From Marsupella aquatica (lineage: Eukaryota > Plantae > Marchantiophyta): a DNA stretch of 64,000 nt. The position numbers were made by a program, and so were the translations under genes. The notes under the pieces were generated by a model. The model was not told the origin of the DNA, did not search any database, and saw only the letters and a program-made list of their open reading frames with translations. Within the stretch, counting starts at the first letter, position 1; the number at the start of each line of letters is the position of its first letter. The stretch spans positions 21,981,867 through 22,045,866 of the forward strand of contig OZ316894.1 of the NCBI GenBank assembly GCA_973895155.1, written 5' to 3'. Shown here piece by piece: positions 50,701 to 62,349 of this stretch.

Positions 50701-52922
50701 GTTGCTGTACACGGTATCCACAATTTCACGACTGCTAGCAAGCAAAGAATAAGTGTTAGCCATTGTTAGAACTCACACGGACAGTACCGAAAGCAGTTGA
50801 ATTCGAATAGCTGCACTTAAACATCGGGCACGAATGCCGAGCAAGAACTAAGCTCCGAACTGTACATATTTGAACTCTGAAAGGTGTCTACTGTGAACGT
50901 TTGCTCCATCGCCGAAAGAGTCGTGTGTAGACCAGGTACGTTATGATCGAGCAGTAAACTGGATGACATTTCAAAATGAGTAGCGAGGGAATACACGGAT
51001 AGGATCTCCGCCGACGATTTACCTGTCTTCCAAAGACTATCGGTGATGCGAACACCTTTGCTCACAGCATCAACAGATTGGCCGTCGACTCCCACATATG
51101 CCTTCTTGGTGGCATAAATGAACACGTCATCGATTTCTTTCCACGACAATCGCAGTGGGAGAAACACTACTTCCTCTTCGGTGTCTGAAAAGCGATGCCA
51201 CAAAAAACGTGCAGTCGACTTGCTCCAAGCGGTAACTTTCTGCAGCGACAGAATGTTCAATGACAGATGGCCTTAGAATAGCTCATCAAATTGAAGAAAC
51301 TGTGAAGTACTACTCTACAATCAAGATTTCATGAACGTTCCACCTCAAGGTTAGGCACAACCTATCTGCATTTCAGGTTTTGCATTCGAAATGAATGCAA
51401 TATCAGTCATGAAGGAAGTGACTTCAAGCCAACCTTGAGTCACGTCAAGCTCACTTGATAAATTCAGGACAGCAATATTGCCCGCAATTTTTGCAAGACA
51501 GACGGAGGGGAAGCTAACGTGCATCGGCATCGGAATTGATGTCTCATGCGAAAGAGTCGACCCTCAGTGACACTCTCGTTAGAAGGGTGGACAGATTAAT
51601 CGACGGAAATGCAAAGTACGTTCCGATCGAGCCAGCACAGAACAAAAACTTACACAAAATCTCAGCGCTTTCAGTTTAATAGAGTGGTACGCGTTCTGTG
51701 CCGACATGAAGATAGAAGCGCCTTCTAGGTTGAGGCCAGTAATGGTCAAAAGTCCTGGTCACCCAAAGTAGGAAGATTGATTAACAGCATTCTCATACGC
51801 TCCTGCTCAAAGTTCAAGAACTTCTGCTTAATTGTCGCGAGATCTTTTACAAGTTACATTCGCAAGATTGAGAGTCAGGGTTCCATTGTGGCCCAAAAAA
51901 TACTCAAAGACTATTCGAGACCACTAAAAACTGCTACATTCTTGTCTGGCAAGTAATAGCCGAGTTTGAACTATGTGACTACTGATCATCCTCAACATAT
52001 ATGATTGCTTAGAAGAGAAGGACTGGATCGACCATGGTCACAGGAGTAACCACAAAATTACGCGATACGTACCTGCTGCATATTCCGCGTGCAGTATGAC
52101 CGGAACTTTGTCAACAGGAAGCCTGAGCAAATCGACTCCCTCACCTGCAAAGCAAAGTACGAAAGCAAGAAAGCACTTTATGGTGGACTCTTGTTATCCC
52201 GTCAGAAAAGAAGAAAAATCTCTACCTCAGTACTGCAGCACCTATCCATTGAATTTCTCGGAGACTCGACGAGAAAATGTATGCTTACCGGACGGCTTCA
52301 GAATTGCCCAATTGTCAATTTGAAGAATCGATGTGCTCTCTTTGAGTAGAGGCGCCGGATTACTACTTTGTTTCAATTTCACGAGGTCCTTCAGTCGTTC
52401 ACAAATGCCGTCGCGTAGCTCCACTTTGGTCTGCAACATCTGTCGCTCCGAGTTGAAGACAACACTCTCGTCGACAAGCTCACCACAGACAGCTGCTTCA
52501 CTAACTTCCTTCATCGACTCAAGCTCAGTCGAACTCAATCGTGTGGCACTTGACAGCGTGATCGTTGCTTCAGTGCCTTCTTTAGTGGAATTCAGGAGAA
52601 GAGGCGAATACAGAGGTTCCTTCTCGACATCCGAGACATCGTGGGCACTCAAAGCAAGCCGCACATCGTCTGGACCACCTCTGACGTTTGGATCGCGCAC
52701 TTTGGACCCGTACAATCTCTCGAGAATCTCCACTCGTTCCGCTTCTGCAGCCTTGTGATTACTCCCTAATTTTCGGTCCGGGTGAGCCACTGGTCGGCCT
52801 GCTACCCCCATTGCATTCAGTAACACAAGACCGAAGCAGACAGAAATTAGGTACATAAAGAAGTACGAGACTTCCTGTCCCGGAGGGGGGGCCAAACCCT
52901 GGATGAAACTGATTACAGCCAT
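47718..52922 (-). CDS. Fungal-type AAA+ ATPase (DUF7025-like region + AAA) with a long N-terminal extension containing hydrophobic segments
   Basis: Core exons 50233-48627 and 48325-47718 splice to give Walker A GPPGTGKT, followed by Walker B LLLDEAD, LEYYRGVLFLTTNR, DNAFRSRI and LNGREIRN. The motif LIRFM..EY...VAWDMLWTFLTPG lies upstream. Phase-compatible upstream exons: 52922-52289, 52144-52073, 51754-51654, 51239-51023, one unresolved small exon at ~50960-50820, 50734-50545 and 50409-50348. The core is well supported, and the 5' exons are less certain. Confidence 0.78.
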
Positions 52923-53619
52923 GATATCGTTTGCCAATCCCAAAGGACAGCAAATTTGCGCAACAAGTTCCAATTCAAGCTCGAAAACTCGATTGAAACA
53001 CCCTGAACGATAATGAAGTCTTGATGTCAATCAATCCGAGGCCGGATCCTTCGTCTAGTTCGGGTTCCTGACGAAACACTTGAAGCTAATTGTGGCCGAT
53101 GGCTTCTCCTCCTCGGCACAAGTCCATCGAGGCAACTTTCAGATTTGCCGAACTGTTGGACGACCTTCTCTCTCCTCTCCCAGAATCAGCGTGGCCATGA
53201 TCAGACGAGAGCACTCAACGAGCTGTCGAAGATTTGTTGGGTATAATCTCGGCGATCCACATACTTGTCCATGTCGATCAGCAGCGCATTACAAAGCGTT
53301 TCATTGCTGTCCCCTACAAGATATTCAGTTCTGTAAGGATTAAGCCACAGCTCCACTTGGGGGTAATTGCCAAGCAAGAGCATTTCGTGATCATTCAGTT
53401 CAACGGATTCAACAGACTACAGTCCCACTGGAGGCAATTTCCCAGTAGGAGCGTTTCATGAGCCACAATTTTTCTCCAGTGACGTTTCGTAACGGAGCTA
53501 TAAGTCTAGGGTCTAGTAGAGCATAGACCGTCCTGTAAAGACTATTCACTGGAATGTCATTAAATAATGAGGTTTGTACCACTGCTGCCCGCTCGTGCCT
53601 TTCCGCTGCCCAGAAGAAT

Positions 53620-53860
53620 CTAAAAAATACACACTTTTTGACTAGTCACAAAAACCTGTCTGAACCCCACTTATCCATAAAAAATACACATTTTTTTGAT
53701 GAGTCACCCAAAAAAAATACACCTTTTTTATGAGTCACAAAAACCTGTCTGAACCCCACTTTTGGGTGGAGTTTGTGTAAAAAGCTTGACCAGTGACAAA
53801 AACCTGTCTAAACCCACTTTTGGGTGGAGTTTGTGTAAAAAGCACATGGATCACCCACAC
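53620..53860. repeat. Nested short direct repeats typical of DNA-transposon subtermini
   Basis: aaaaatacac..ttttt...agtcac x3, aaaaacctgtct.aaccc.act x3 and tttgggtggagtttgtgtaaaaagc x2. A GC-rich block follows at 54300-54620. Confidence 0.6.
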
Positions 53861-55997
53861 TTTCAAACCCCCAACCTATGCCTCCCCACTAGACTGGGCT
53901 ACCATTCCACTGAGAGCCTGCTGCACATCCTTGGGGCATGCGCTTCTGGTGTTTATAGTATTGAATTTGCTGGCGGTTTGGGCAGCACTTTGCAGGCAGC
54001 AGGTATGGAGAGCTATAAGTAGCTTTCCAGGGACCTGTAGCTTTGAATCAAAGAAGTGGCAGGAGAGTGATTGCAAAACAATTTGATTTGCACAGGCTTA
54101 ATTTATAACTCCACTAGCTCAATAGGCCTGCATTGCACAAAAGATGTCATGTAGGCAAGTGATCATGGCAAGGCCTAGGGCTTGGCGAGGAGTTGGAACC
54201 ATAGGAATGAGTTCGCTTAAGGCCAGGGATGCATGGCTCGGTTTCATAAGACCTGTTTGATGAAAAGGGAGCGCTTGGACCTGAAACCTGGGGGGGGGTG
54301 TTCACTTCCAAATCCGGTTGGGAGGGCAAATGTTCAGTCCAAGAGGGGTGAGGGCGGGGTTGTGGCTGGGCAAGGCCGAGTTGTTGCTGGCCAGGGTGGG
54401 GTTGTTGTCAGGCCTTGCTCGGAGTCGGGCCATCACTACAGTAGTCCAGGCAAGGCAAGGGCAAAAGGGCGCGCAGATGGCAAGATGGCGAGGGCGGTAG
54501 CCGGCATGGAGCGGCAAGGTTGTTGCTTGTCAGTCGAGGGTGAGTCTGTGGAAGAGGGCAGGAGGTTGCGGCGGGGCGACACGGGTGAGCCAAGGCATGA
54601 TTGTGGCGCGGAGGGAGGGCTGCTGTACTTTAGTGTGGGGACTTTTTTCAGGCTTTAGTCCTTTGGTTTTTCCTCTTTTGATTTTTCTCGCACAAAACTC
54701 CTTGGCATTTTTCAACAACCGCCAAGGCATTTTTGGCGCAACCCTTTACTATACTTTTAGATAACAGTTTGAGTGCCGTCTTGCATGTAGAAAATACTCC
54801 AACAATGAGCTTTTAAGTGAAGTGATGTTAGCATATACATGGGCGAGACTTTCATGTCTCAACCCCCTCCCAGGGCACTCCTGACAGCAATCACTCAGGG
54901 TTCCAAGGGCAGGGCCCAAAACTGTTCCGCCCTTGACATCCCTACCTTTGATTTGAGAGCTACCTTTGATTTGAGAGTGAGACAAAAAGTGACACAGATC
55001 TTTGGACAGGCCAAAGGTGCTTTTTGAGGCTGCATATTGGGAATCGTGCATATTGAGAATGGTGCATATTGGGGTCTGGTGAGGGCAGGAACCTCGAAAG
55101 ACTTTCTCATGCAACAGCCCTGAGCCAGGGACCACTTGGTCAAAATCTTTAGTACTGAACTACACTCTTGTCACTAGACCTCTTGAATAATGATTCAGCT
55201 ACACTCCTGTTAGTAGACCTCTTGAATGAAGACCTCTTGAAGACTTGAATGATTCTTACCACGTCGCTTGCTTCGGATGTAAGCAAATGTTTAAAAATTG
55301 TAAAGCGGTCCTTTTTGTCCACCAGAATTGACGTGTGGAAGATTGGATCCCAGAAGTCTTTCAGAATTCAGATCAACAAGAGGTCAACATTTTGCATGGG
55401 TAAGGAAGCATCTCTTGAATGATTCTTCATAAAGTACCACTTTGATCGCTTCGAATGTAGGCGAATGGTTTCTAAATTGGTACTTTTTTCTGTCTCAACT
55501 GACTTGTGGAAGATTGGACCCCAAGTCCAAAAAGTGGTGGACCCAGAAACATTATTGTGTAAGATTAGACCCCAAGTCCTTCGAACCAAAAACTGGTGGA
55601 CCCATAAACATTTGGTTTGCTTTGCAAATGTCGACCAATGCCCCACCACACTGTCCATATAAAAGGAGAACTGTCCAAAATTTCTCCCTTTTTCACATTT
55701 CTTTTCTCAAGGGTGAGACTTTGCTCCACAATTTGAAGAAAAAAGGTACTAAAAATGGTGAAACCTGATCGATCCAGGTTTTGTCATGGAGAGAAGCCTC
55801 AAAAATATTGTGTTACCTCAAAGTCGGGCTCAACGAGCATTTGCTTGTTTTCCCCAATCTTCACTAACCATATATTATTTTCTGGGTGAGCAATTTTATT
55901 ATTGAGCAAAACAATGATATAGCACTTATTCCCACAATTCACGTAGACAACCCTCGGCTGTCTGTGTAGAGCAAACTGTGACAAGGAAACCAACAGG

Positions 55998-56342
55998 TAG
56001 GGGTCAGTTGGCCAAGGATGAGCTTAGAACGGAGAGGTCCCAGGTTCAATCTCCCCTCCGCATGCAAGGTTGTGGAGGGTGAGTGTGTGTGGGTGGGGTG
56101 TAGTGGTGGGAATCCTGATTTCTCGTGAGCCCCTAGCTGGTCTACTTTGGGGTTCTAGGCCAGCCTCTCTTGCTCCTGGTACTGGGTATGACCCCCTACA
56201 GAGGTGCATGCTCGAGAATATATGTCTATCCTTTGTTGGATGGTTCGACTTTTGGTATTCAAGGCAAAACAATAAATGTGATAAGGACAAACAAACCCCA
56301 GATTTGTGGAAGGGCCCTTGCCCAAGATATGTCATGAAAGTT
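55998..56342 (+). mobile_element. Possible tRNA-derived SINE-like remnant interrupted by the MULE
   Basis: A-box-like gggtcagttggccaagg and B-box-like gaggtcccaggttcaatctc at ~56000-56052. The target sequence resumes after the MULE TSD with gcattatcaataaa at 60339. Confidence 0.35.
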
Positions 56343-58321
56343 GAGAGATATACATAGTGGACCTCCAAACTTAAGTTTTTTCTCTTAATGGACCAAAAGT
56401 TACACACGCTCTCCCAGTGGACCCCAATATTTAGATTCCCTCCCAATGGACCTCTGGGCCCACTCCGTACAAGTATGTTCTTCTGAAACACCTTACCACA
56501 CAGTTCAGGTCCATTGCATACCCTGTGGACACCGTGGTTGGTCATTGTAGTAGGCCATCAATAATGTTGCAGTGCACAAGCAACGTAGCCCTAGCCTCAA
56601 TTGAGCATCATATCGCCACAGCACATGGCTTCCTAGTTTTTTTTAATACAATATGGCTATCGTATTCAAAACTACAATTGAATGAGTTTGCGGCGACATT
56701 AGAGCACACAAGCGCCTTCGTGCCCCGGCCTCAAAGTATTTCAGAATACATTGTCACTTTATTGTTCAAAAATACAAAGGAAATAGTTTATGACTGCATT
56801 GGAGCTTGCAAGCGCCATACCTCGCCCAACCTCCTTGCTTATATGAAGACATTGTCCATAATGTATACAACTTTTAAAGGAATTTTCAAAATTCAAATGT
56901 GCCCGCCCTTTATGGATCCTGTTTGGAACCTGTTGTTTTATTGTCATTTGGTTTGTTTCTCAGCATTTTCTCGTATTTTCTCGTGTTGTTGGTTCCTGCT
57001 CTTGTTGCTAGTTCTTGCTCCTGTTCCCACTCATGTTCTTGCTTGTGTTCCTGCTATGTCGACCCTTGAGGATATGCAAATTGCAATGAAGGAGCGGCGA
57101 GACAACAACATTGGGCCAATCCCGGTATGTACAGTGAACTCTGGATAAACGCACCCTCTCGGGAAGAAGGATCTGGCGTGCACTTAAGCAGGTGTTGCAG
57201 GACTTGATAAGCGCACATCCCACTAAAAGTGCTCTAATAGATGTTAAGTGTGCTTAATTTGGGATCCTTTGTTAAATGTGTAATTATCCAGGGTTTCCAG
57301 GTATTTGAGACCAAGTTGTGTGGGCGATGGCAGAGTGAGCACTACCAAGCGAATGAACAATGATATGGACTCCACCATGCACATTGTAAATACTAAAATA
57401 TACCCAGATCACATCAACATTCGGTGAAATCAACCTTTATTTCAAAATGACAACATTCTGTGTCCAATATGTAGTAAAAACAAAAGTGGACTACAGTGTC
57501 TACATTGGGCCTACACAACTTCTTCAATACCGACGGCAGTATGGATTGAGCAGTCCCTTTCATCTACGGAGCTTCCTGGGCAGTGAGGAACCAATGATAC
57601 TTCATTTGCAGTCACATTGTCAAGCAATGAGAAAAGATTTCTTCAAGATTCTACCAACAGTACTTTGATGTACCTTAGCGCCAAATGTTTCTGAAGCCCA
57701 TTCAACTAGAGCTTTGTTTGTGAGTGCTGGATGCTTTTGCTTGTGGCGACACATTCTCTCTTCTACTTGTGAGTCAGTGTTGTCACCTTCCTATCCTTTA
57801 TGTTGATTCCACCTGACGACCCCAATGATTCACGAGTTATAGTACCACGAGCTACAGTGCACAGCAGTGTTCGCATGCTCTATGGACCCAGTAGTCGGCC
57901 TCATGCCTTGATCCCTGCCCTAATTCTTTGCCCACTCTCCTTAAGTGCATTATTTACTCTACTCTTTTTTTTTTAGGATTTCAATTTTTTATTAAATTTT
58001 TTAAATTTTAAATTTTTTTTATTAATTTACTCTACTAATAATGGGCATGCCTTTATCGGTAAATGACATTTCTGGAGTTTATGCATTTACCTATAAGTGC
58101 ATTCAATCACTTATCCAAGGTAAGCGCTTAGAAAGTTGTCGTTTAGCGGAATGATTTTAGCCCTATGTGCGCTTAGGAAAAATGCTAAAAAACCGTTTAT
58201 CCCGTGTAAAACAAAAGGGAAGAACAAGATGGCATGCAATAATCCAGGGTAAGTGTTTATGGAGAGTGCATTTATCCAGAGTTCACTGTATTGTAATTTT
58301 GCCTCTGATTTCCTGTGGCCG

Positions 58322-58600
58322 AGAAATTTCACTTACATAGGTTGTAGACATGGGATTGGTGGTGGTATGGTTTGTTAGAAGTCCATTGAAGCAGTGGAGC
58401 AATGCAACCATGACCCACTACTGGACAGGAACAATTGTCATTTGTATAGGTTCCAAAATTTCATGGTTGATGTGTATGAGAACACTGGGCCATTCAAGGC
58501 CACAATCTTTCAAGCTGCACGAAAGCTTGTGGAAATGAATGCTGACAAATTTGCAGAGTATGGTACCATTTGCCAGCTTGAGACAATGCTCAGATTGGTC
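58322..58600 (+). pseudogene. RPA1 C-terminal (Zn-ribbon OB-fold)-like fragment inside the MULE
   Basis: The frame reads RNFTYIGCRHGIGGGMVC*KSIEAVEQCNHDP...LYRFQNFMVDVYENTGPFKATIFQAARKLVEMNADKF. This resembles the RPA70 DBD-C pattern Y.aC..C.K....C....YR....v.D.TG...T.F...A..L....A, with one in-frame stop. Confidence 0.5.
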
Positions 58601-58763
58601 CCATATTGTCTAGTGTGGATTAAAGCAGGACTCTGCTGTTGCAAATAAGCTTGTTGTTGAGCATAGACATGATTGCCCTCCTAGTCGTGCTCCTGTGCAA
58701 ACAAGAGTTGAGAAAGTGCATGACAGCAAAAGCAATCTTGTGGATGTTGATGTCCTTATGCAG

Positions 58764-58896
58764 CAGGGGCATCACCACCGCAACAACAAACAACAAACAG
58801 GTTTACTGGTACCAGCAAAAAGTTTTGTGTAGGGGCATCACCACCGCAACAGCAAACAACAAACAGTTTTACTGGTACCAGCAAAAAGTTTTGTGT
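58764..58896. repeat. 66-bp tandem duplication inside the MULE
   Basis: aggggcatcaccaccgcaaca.caaacaacaaacag.tttactggtaccagcaaaaagttttgtgt occurs twice. Confidence 0.85.
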
Positions 58897-59399
58897 TACC
58901 AGGAAACTTTTACTTTTACCAATAAAAAAGATGATCTAAAAATGTACCATTTAAAGTCTCAGTTTTCAAAATAATTAAAATCATGACATTTTTTTGCGAG
59001 CGCCAAGAGCTGCTATTGTTAGCTCCGAGCGCTAGCAATATGACGATGACTAACCCCAAAAAAAAAAATTCCAAAAAAAAAATTCCAAAAAAATTACCAC
59101 CCACTTTCCTCTTACCAGTAACTATTTCCTGTTACTGTTTCTTGTCATTTGTAAATACCCCTGCAACAATGACTTCAAAGTTTAGTTTGTCCACCATCGA
59201 ATCCATGTGTATTGTTGTTGGATTTAGTAAATAATATCCAATGTTGCTTGATTTCTTGCTCTCTTTGAAGAAAGTACACTTGTATGCTGTTCCAAAAATA
59301 TACATGAACTGAGTAGACAAAACTGCACAAACCATGATTGGATTGTATACATGATGCCGCACAATATGTTCATTACTCAGAGTGCAAAAATTGTATTCA

Positions 59400-60090
59400 T
59401 GACTCCGCAGCCTACAAATGGACAAAACCATTTTTACCTTTGTATACATGGTGGACATATATTGTATTCCAAGGTTACACTTAAACAAAGTTATGACTCC
59501 CCTGCCTTACATTCAGGCACCAAGGCCTGCTCTAATGGACAAAACCAAATAATGTTGAGCATATGTGTAGCTTGTATACAATATGCACCTTATATTCAGA
59601 TTTCACACTTAGAAAAATATCCTCCACTCCAACTTTACAAGGACGCCCCCCCCCCCCGGGTCGAAGCTTGCCCAAATGCCCGCCCAAATGGACAAAACCT
59701 ACCGTATTCAACTTACATAGAAGTATGATTTGTGATGTATACACTTTGCACGTTGTATTCAGATTTCACACTTAGAAAAAATTCCAGTCCCTCCAACTCC
59801 CGCTCCGACTTCCACTCCGACTTTATAACAATGCCCCCAACCAAAGCCTGCCCAAATGGACAAAACCTATTGTACTCAACATAAAAGTATGATTTGTGAT
59901 GTATACTCTTTGCACATTGTACTCATATTTCACATTTGGAAAAAAAATCATTAATTCCCTCTGACTTTACAAAGACGCCCCCCTGAAGCCTGCCCAAATG
60001 GACAAAACCTACAAATGAATATTCAACATAAAAGTATGATTTGTCATATATACACGTTGCACATTGTATTCAGATTTCACACTTATAATT
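59400..60090. repeat. Degenerate tandem array (~120-170-bp unit, about 5 copies) in the MULE subterminal region
   Basis: aatggacaaaacc recurs at ~59417, 59534, 59687, 59855 and 59997, with agtatgatttgt and atttcaca blocks. Confidence 0.8.
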
Positions 60091-60361
60091 ATTTTTGTTT
60101 GTTTGACATTACGGTTGATATTTGTATGCATTGTGGTCAATGTATACATCGCTCGGAACTGCAATCATAGACGACCGCATTTGGCGACACGGTCGAACAC
60201 TGAAGAACATCTCACACAAAATGGTACCTCTGGTGGGCCCAGAGGTCCACTGGGAGAGCGTGTGCAACTTTTGGTCCATTAACTAAAGAGAAAAAATTGC
60301 ATTTGGAGGTCCACTAAGTATATCTCTCCATGAAAGTTGCATTATCAATAAATCTATTCCT

Positions 60362-60538
60362 CCATTTGATGAGTCACTCCAATCACGGTCTTTTCCAAGG
60401 CAAGTATGATTTGTCCTCAAGCTTCATTTGATGAGTCATTTCAAACTTTGTTTCCAAAGCAATTATGACTTGTCCTCAAGCTTCACTTGATGAGTCACTC
60501 CAAACATTTTTTTTTTCCAAAGAAAGTATGACTTGTCC
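60362..60538. repeat. Three tandem copies of a ~62-bp unit
   Basis: ca.ttgatgagtca.t.caa...ttccaa....a.tatga.ttgtcc occurs three times. Confidence 0.8.
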
Positions 60539-60989
60539 GGGGTTAAGGAGAACATTGTTTTTATCTTTGGTCATACTTAGTCTTAAAGTTAGGAATCAAA
60601 CTAAAGTACTTTGATTGTCCTTCTCTCTGTAATTTTCTTTTATCGTTTATTGAAGTTGTTGGCTCATTGCACATCCATTTGTTTACTAGTATGCACCTTA
60701 TATAGAAATCAAGTTTTTCTTCTTTTCAGCTAAAAAAACTTCATATTTTCCTATGTTGACTCTAAGCCCATTGAATTGTTTACATTTTAACTCATGATTG
60801 AGCAGAATATTTAAAGTAATACTTTGTTTTTTAGTTCAAGATTGAATAATTCAGCCAAGTAAATGGCACTACTGTAGGTAACTTCATTCCATCCCCGGTT
60901 TGACCTTGCCCGTCAAACTGGGCGTTTGAGAGCGGCAAATTGACAACCCGGCACCCGGGTTCGGAAGCAGTCCGGGAAAGGAAACGTCC

Positions 60990-61425
60990 GGTTCGGGGTT
61001 CGGGTTCGGGAGGAGGTTCGGGAGGAGGTTCGGGTGGGGGTCCGGGTGACTAATCGGGTCCGGGTCCGGGGCGGAGGCGCTCGGTGGGGGCTCGGGGTGG
61101 GGTCCGGGTGGGGTTCGGGTCCGCTCGGTGGGGGTTCAGGGTGGGGTCCGGGTGCGGCTCGGGTCCGGGAGGAGGAGGTGCGGGGGGTTCGGGTGGGGTT
61201 CCGGGTGGGGTTCGGGTCCGGGTCCGAGGGGTTCGGGTTCGGGAGGTACGGGGGGTTCAGGTGGGGTCCGGGCCCGGGGCGGAGGCGCTCGGTGGGGGTT
61301 CGGGGCGGGGTCCGGGTGGGGTTCGGGTCTGGGAGGCCGGGGTGGGTCCGGGTGGGGATCGGGGTTCGGGGTCCGGTTCGGGGTTCGGGGTCCGGTTCGG
61401 GGTTTGGAAGTTCGGGGTTCGGGAT
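60990..61425. repeat. G-rich GGGTTC/GGGTCC-type minisatellite
   Basis: Dozens of gggttc/gggtcc/gggtgg units. A longer block, ccggggcggaggcgctcggtggggg, occurs twice. Confidence 0.9.
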
Positions 61426-61556
61426 TGAGGCTCGAAGAATTAGGGTTTCACGATTTAGGGTTGGAGGATGGGGCCGGCCGGGAAAGGGTCGGGGGCTCGG
61501 GAGAGGATAAAAGGAGGAGATCCCTCCTCTCCCTCCTCATTTTTGGTTTTGCAGAA

Positions 61557-61656
61557 AGGAGGAGAGGAGGAGAGGAGGAAGAGGAGGAGGAGAGGAGAGG
61601 AGAGGAGGAGGAGGAGGAGAGGAGGAGGAGGAGGAAGAGAAGAGGAGGAGGAGGAG
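61557..61656. repeat. (GAG/GAGAG)n purine microsatellite ending at a GTAAGT splice donor (probably the 5' UTR exon of the kinase)
   Basis: A pure purine tract is followed by gag|gtaagt. A candidate acceptor ttttcag|gttgg lies at ~62258. Confidence 0.75.
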
Positions 61657-62349
61657 GTAAGTGTTTGGTTTTGGTTTTTATTTTTGATTTTTGGTTTGTT
61701 TTTATTTGTTTGTGTTTTGTTTTGTGATTTTTTAAGTTTTTTTTGTGTTTTAAACCTTAACCTTAGAGCCAAATGGAGGGATATAAAGAAACACTTGTAC
61801 GCGCACGCTTTGAGCCTCGGTTCGGTTTGCGATACTCCATACAAGAATTTCTTAATATCACCTTAACAATTTAGTCTCCTTTGTTCATTAAGTAAAACAT
61901 TTGCGGAGATAGAGGAATCCATGTACGCATGCTTAGAGTTTCGGCTCGGTCTGCGATACTTTGCATGGATACCACGATTCGCCGAGAATGTTTTTACTTG
62001 AAATACAAATGAGTGTTAAGTTATAGACACCAAATCACATATGTCGAAGCAGGAATATAACAACTTTGAAAGAAAAGAACACTTTTGTGCGCATGCTTTG
62101 AGCGTCCACTCGGTCTGCGATATTTCACAAGTGTTGTCTTTCTCTTTTATTGTTGTTATATAGAAAGGTAATTAAAATCATGTGTGCAATAAAAATACAT
62201 AATGCATGGGAGAAATAAACCGGGAAAAGATAATAACAATACGACTTGTAATTTTCAGGTTGGTCGTTGAATCCTTATTGGAAGGATTTTATTTAAATCC
62301 CGGTAAGATCTTGTTCCTCCCTCACATATTCCTTTTGTGAAGGGAAAAC

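Larger units (their letters stand above)
56343..60328. mobile_element. Non-autonomous Mutator-like element (MULE), 3986 bp
   Basis: ~100-bp TIRs start GAGAGATATAC (gagagatatacatagtggacctccaaa...ttaatggaccaaaagtt.cacacgctctcccagtggacc, with the reverse complement at 60232-60328). Perfect 10-bp TSD catgaaagtt at 56333-56342 and 60329-60338. No intact transposase ORF. Confidence 0.92.

Noticed and set aside
53541-58080. Possible TIR pair (ggaatgtcatta / taaatgacatttc)
   Set aside because: The match is short, there is no TSD, and the span would cross the well-supported MULE boundary at 56343.
61034-61866. Gly/Arg/Glu-rich ORFs in several frames
   Set aside because: They are artefacts of stop-free G-rich minisatellite and GAG microsatellite sequence.
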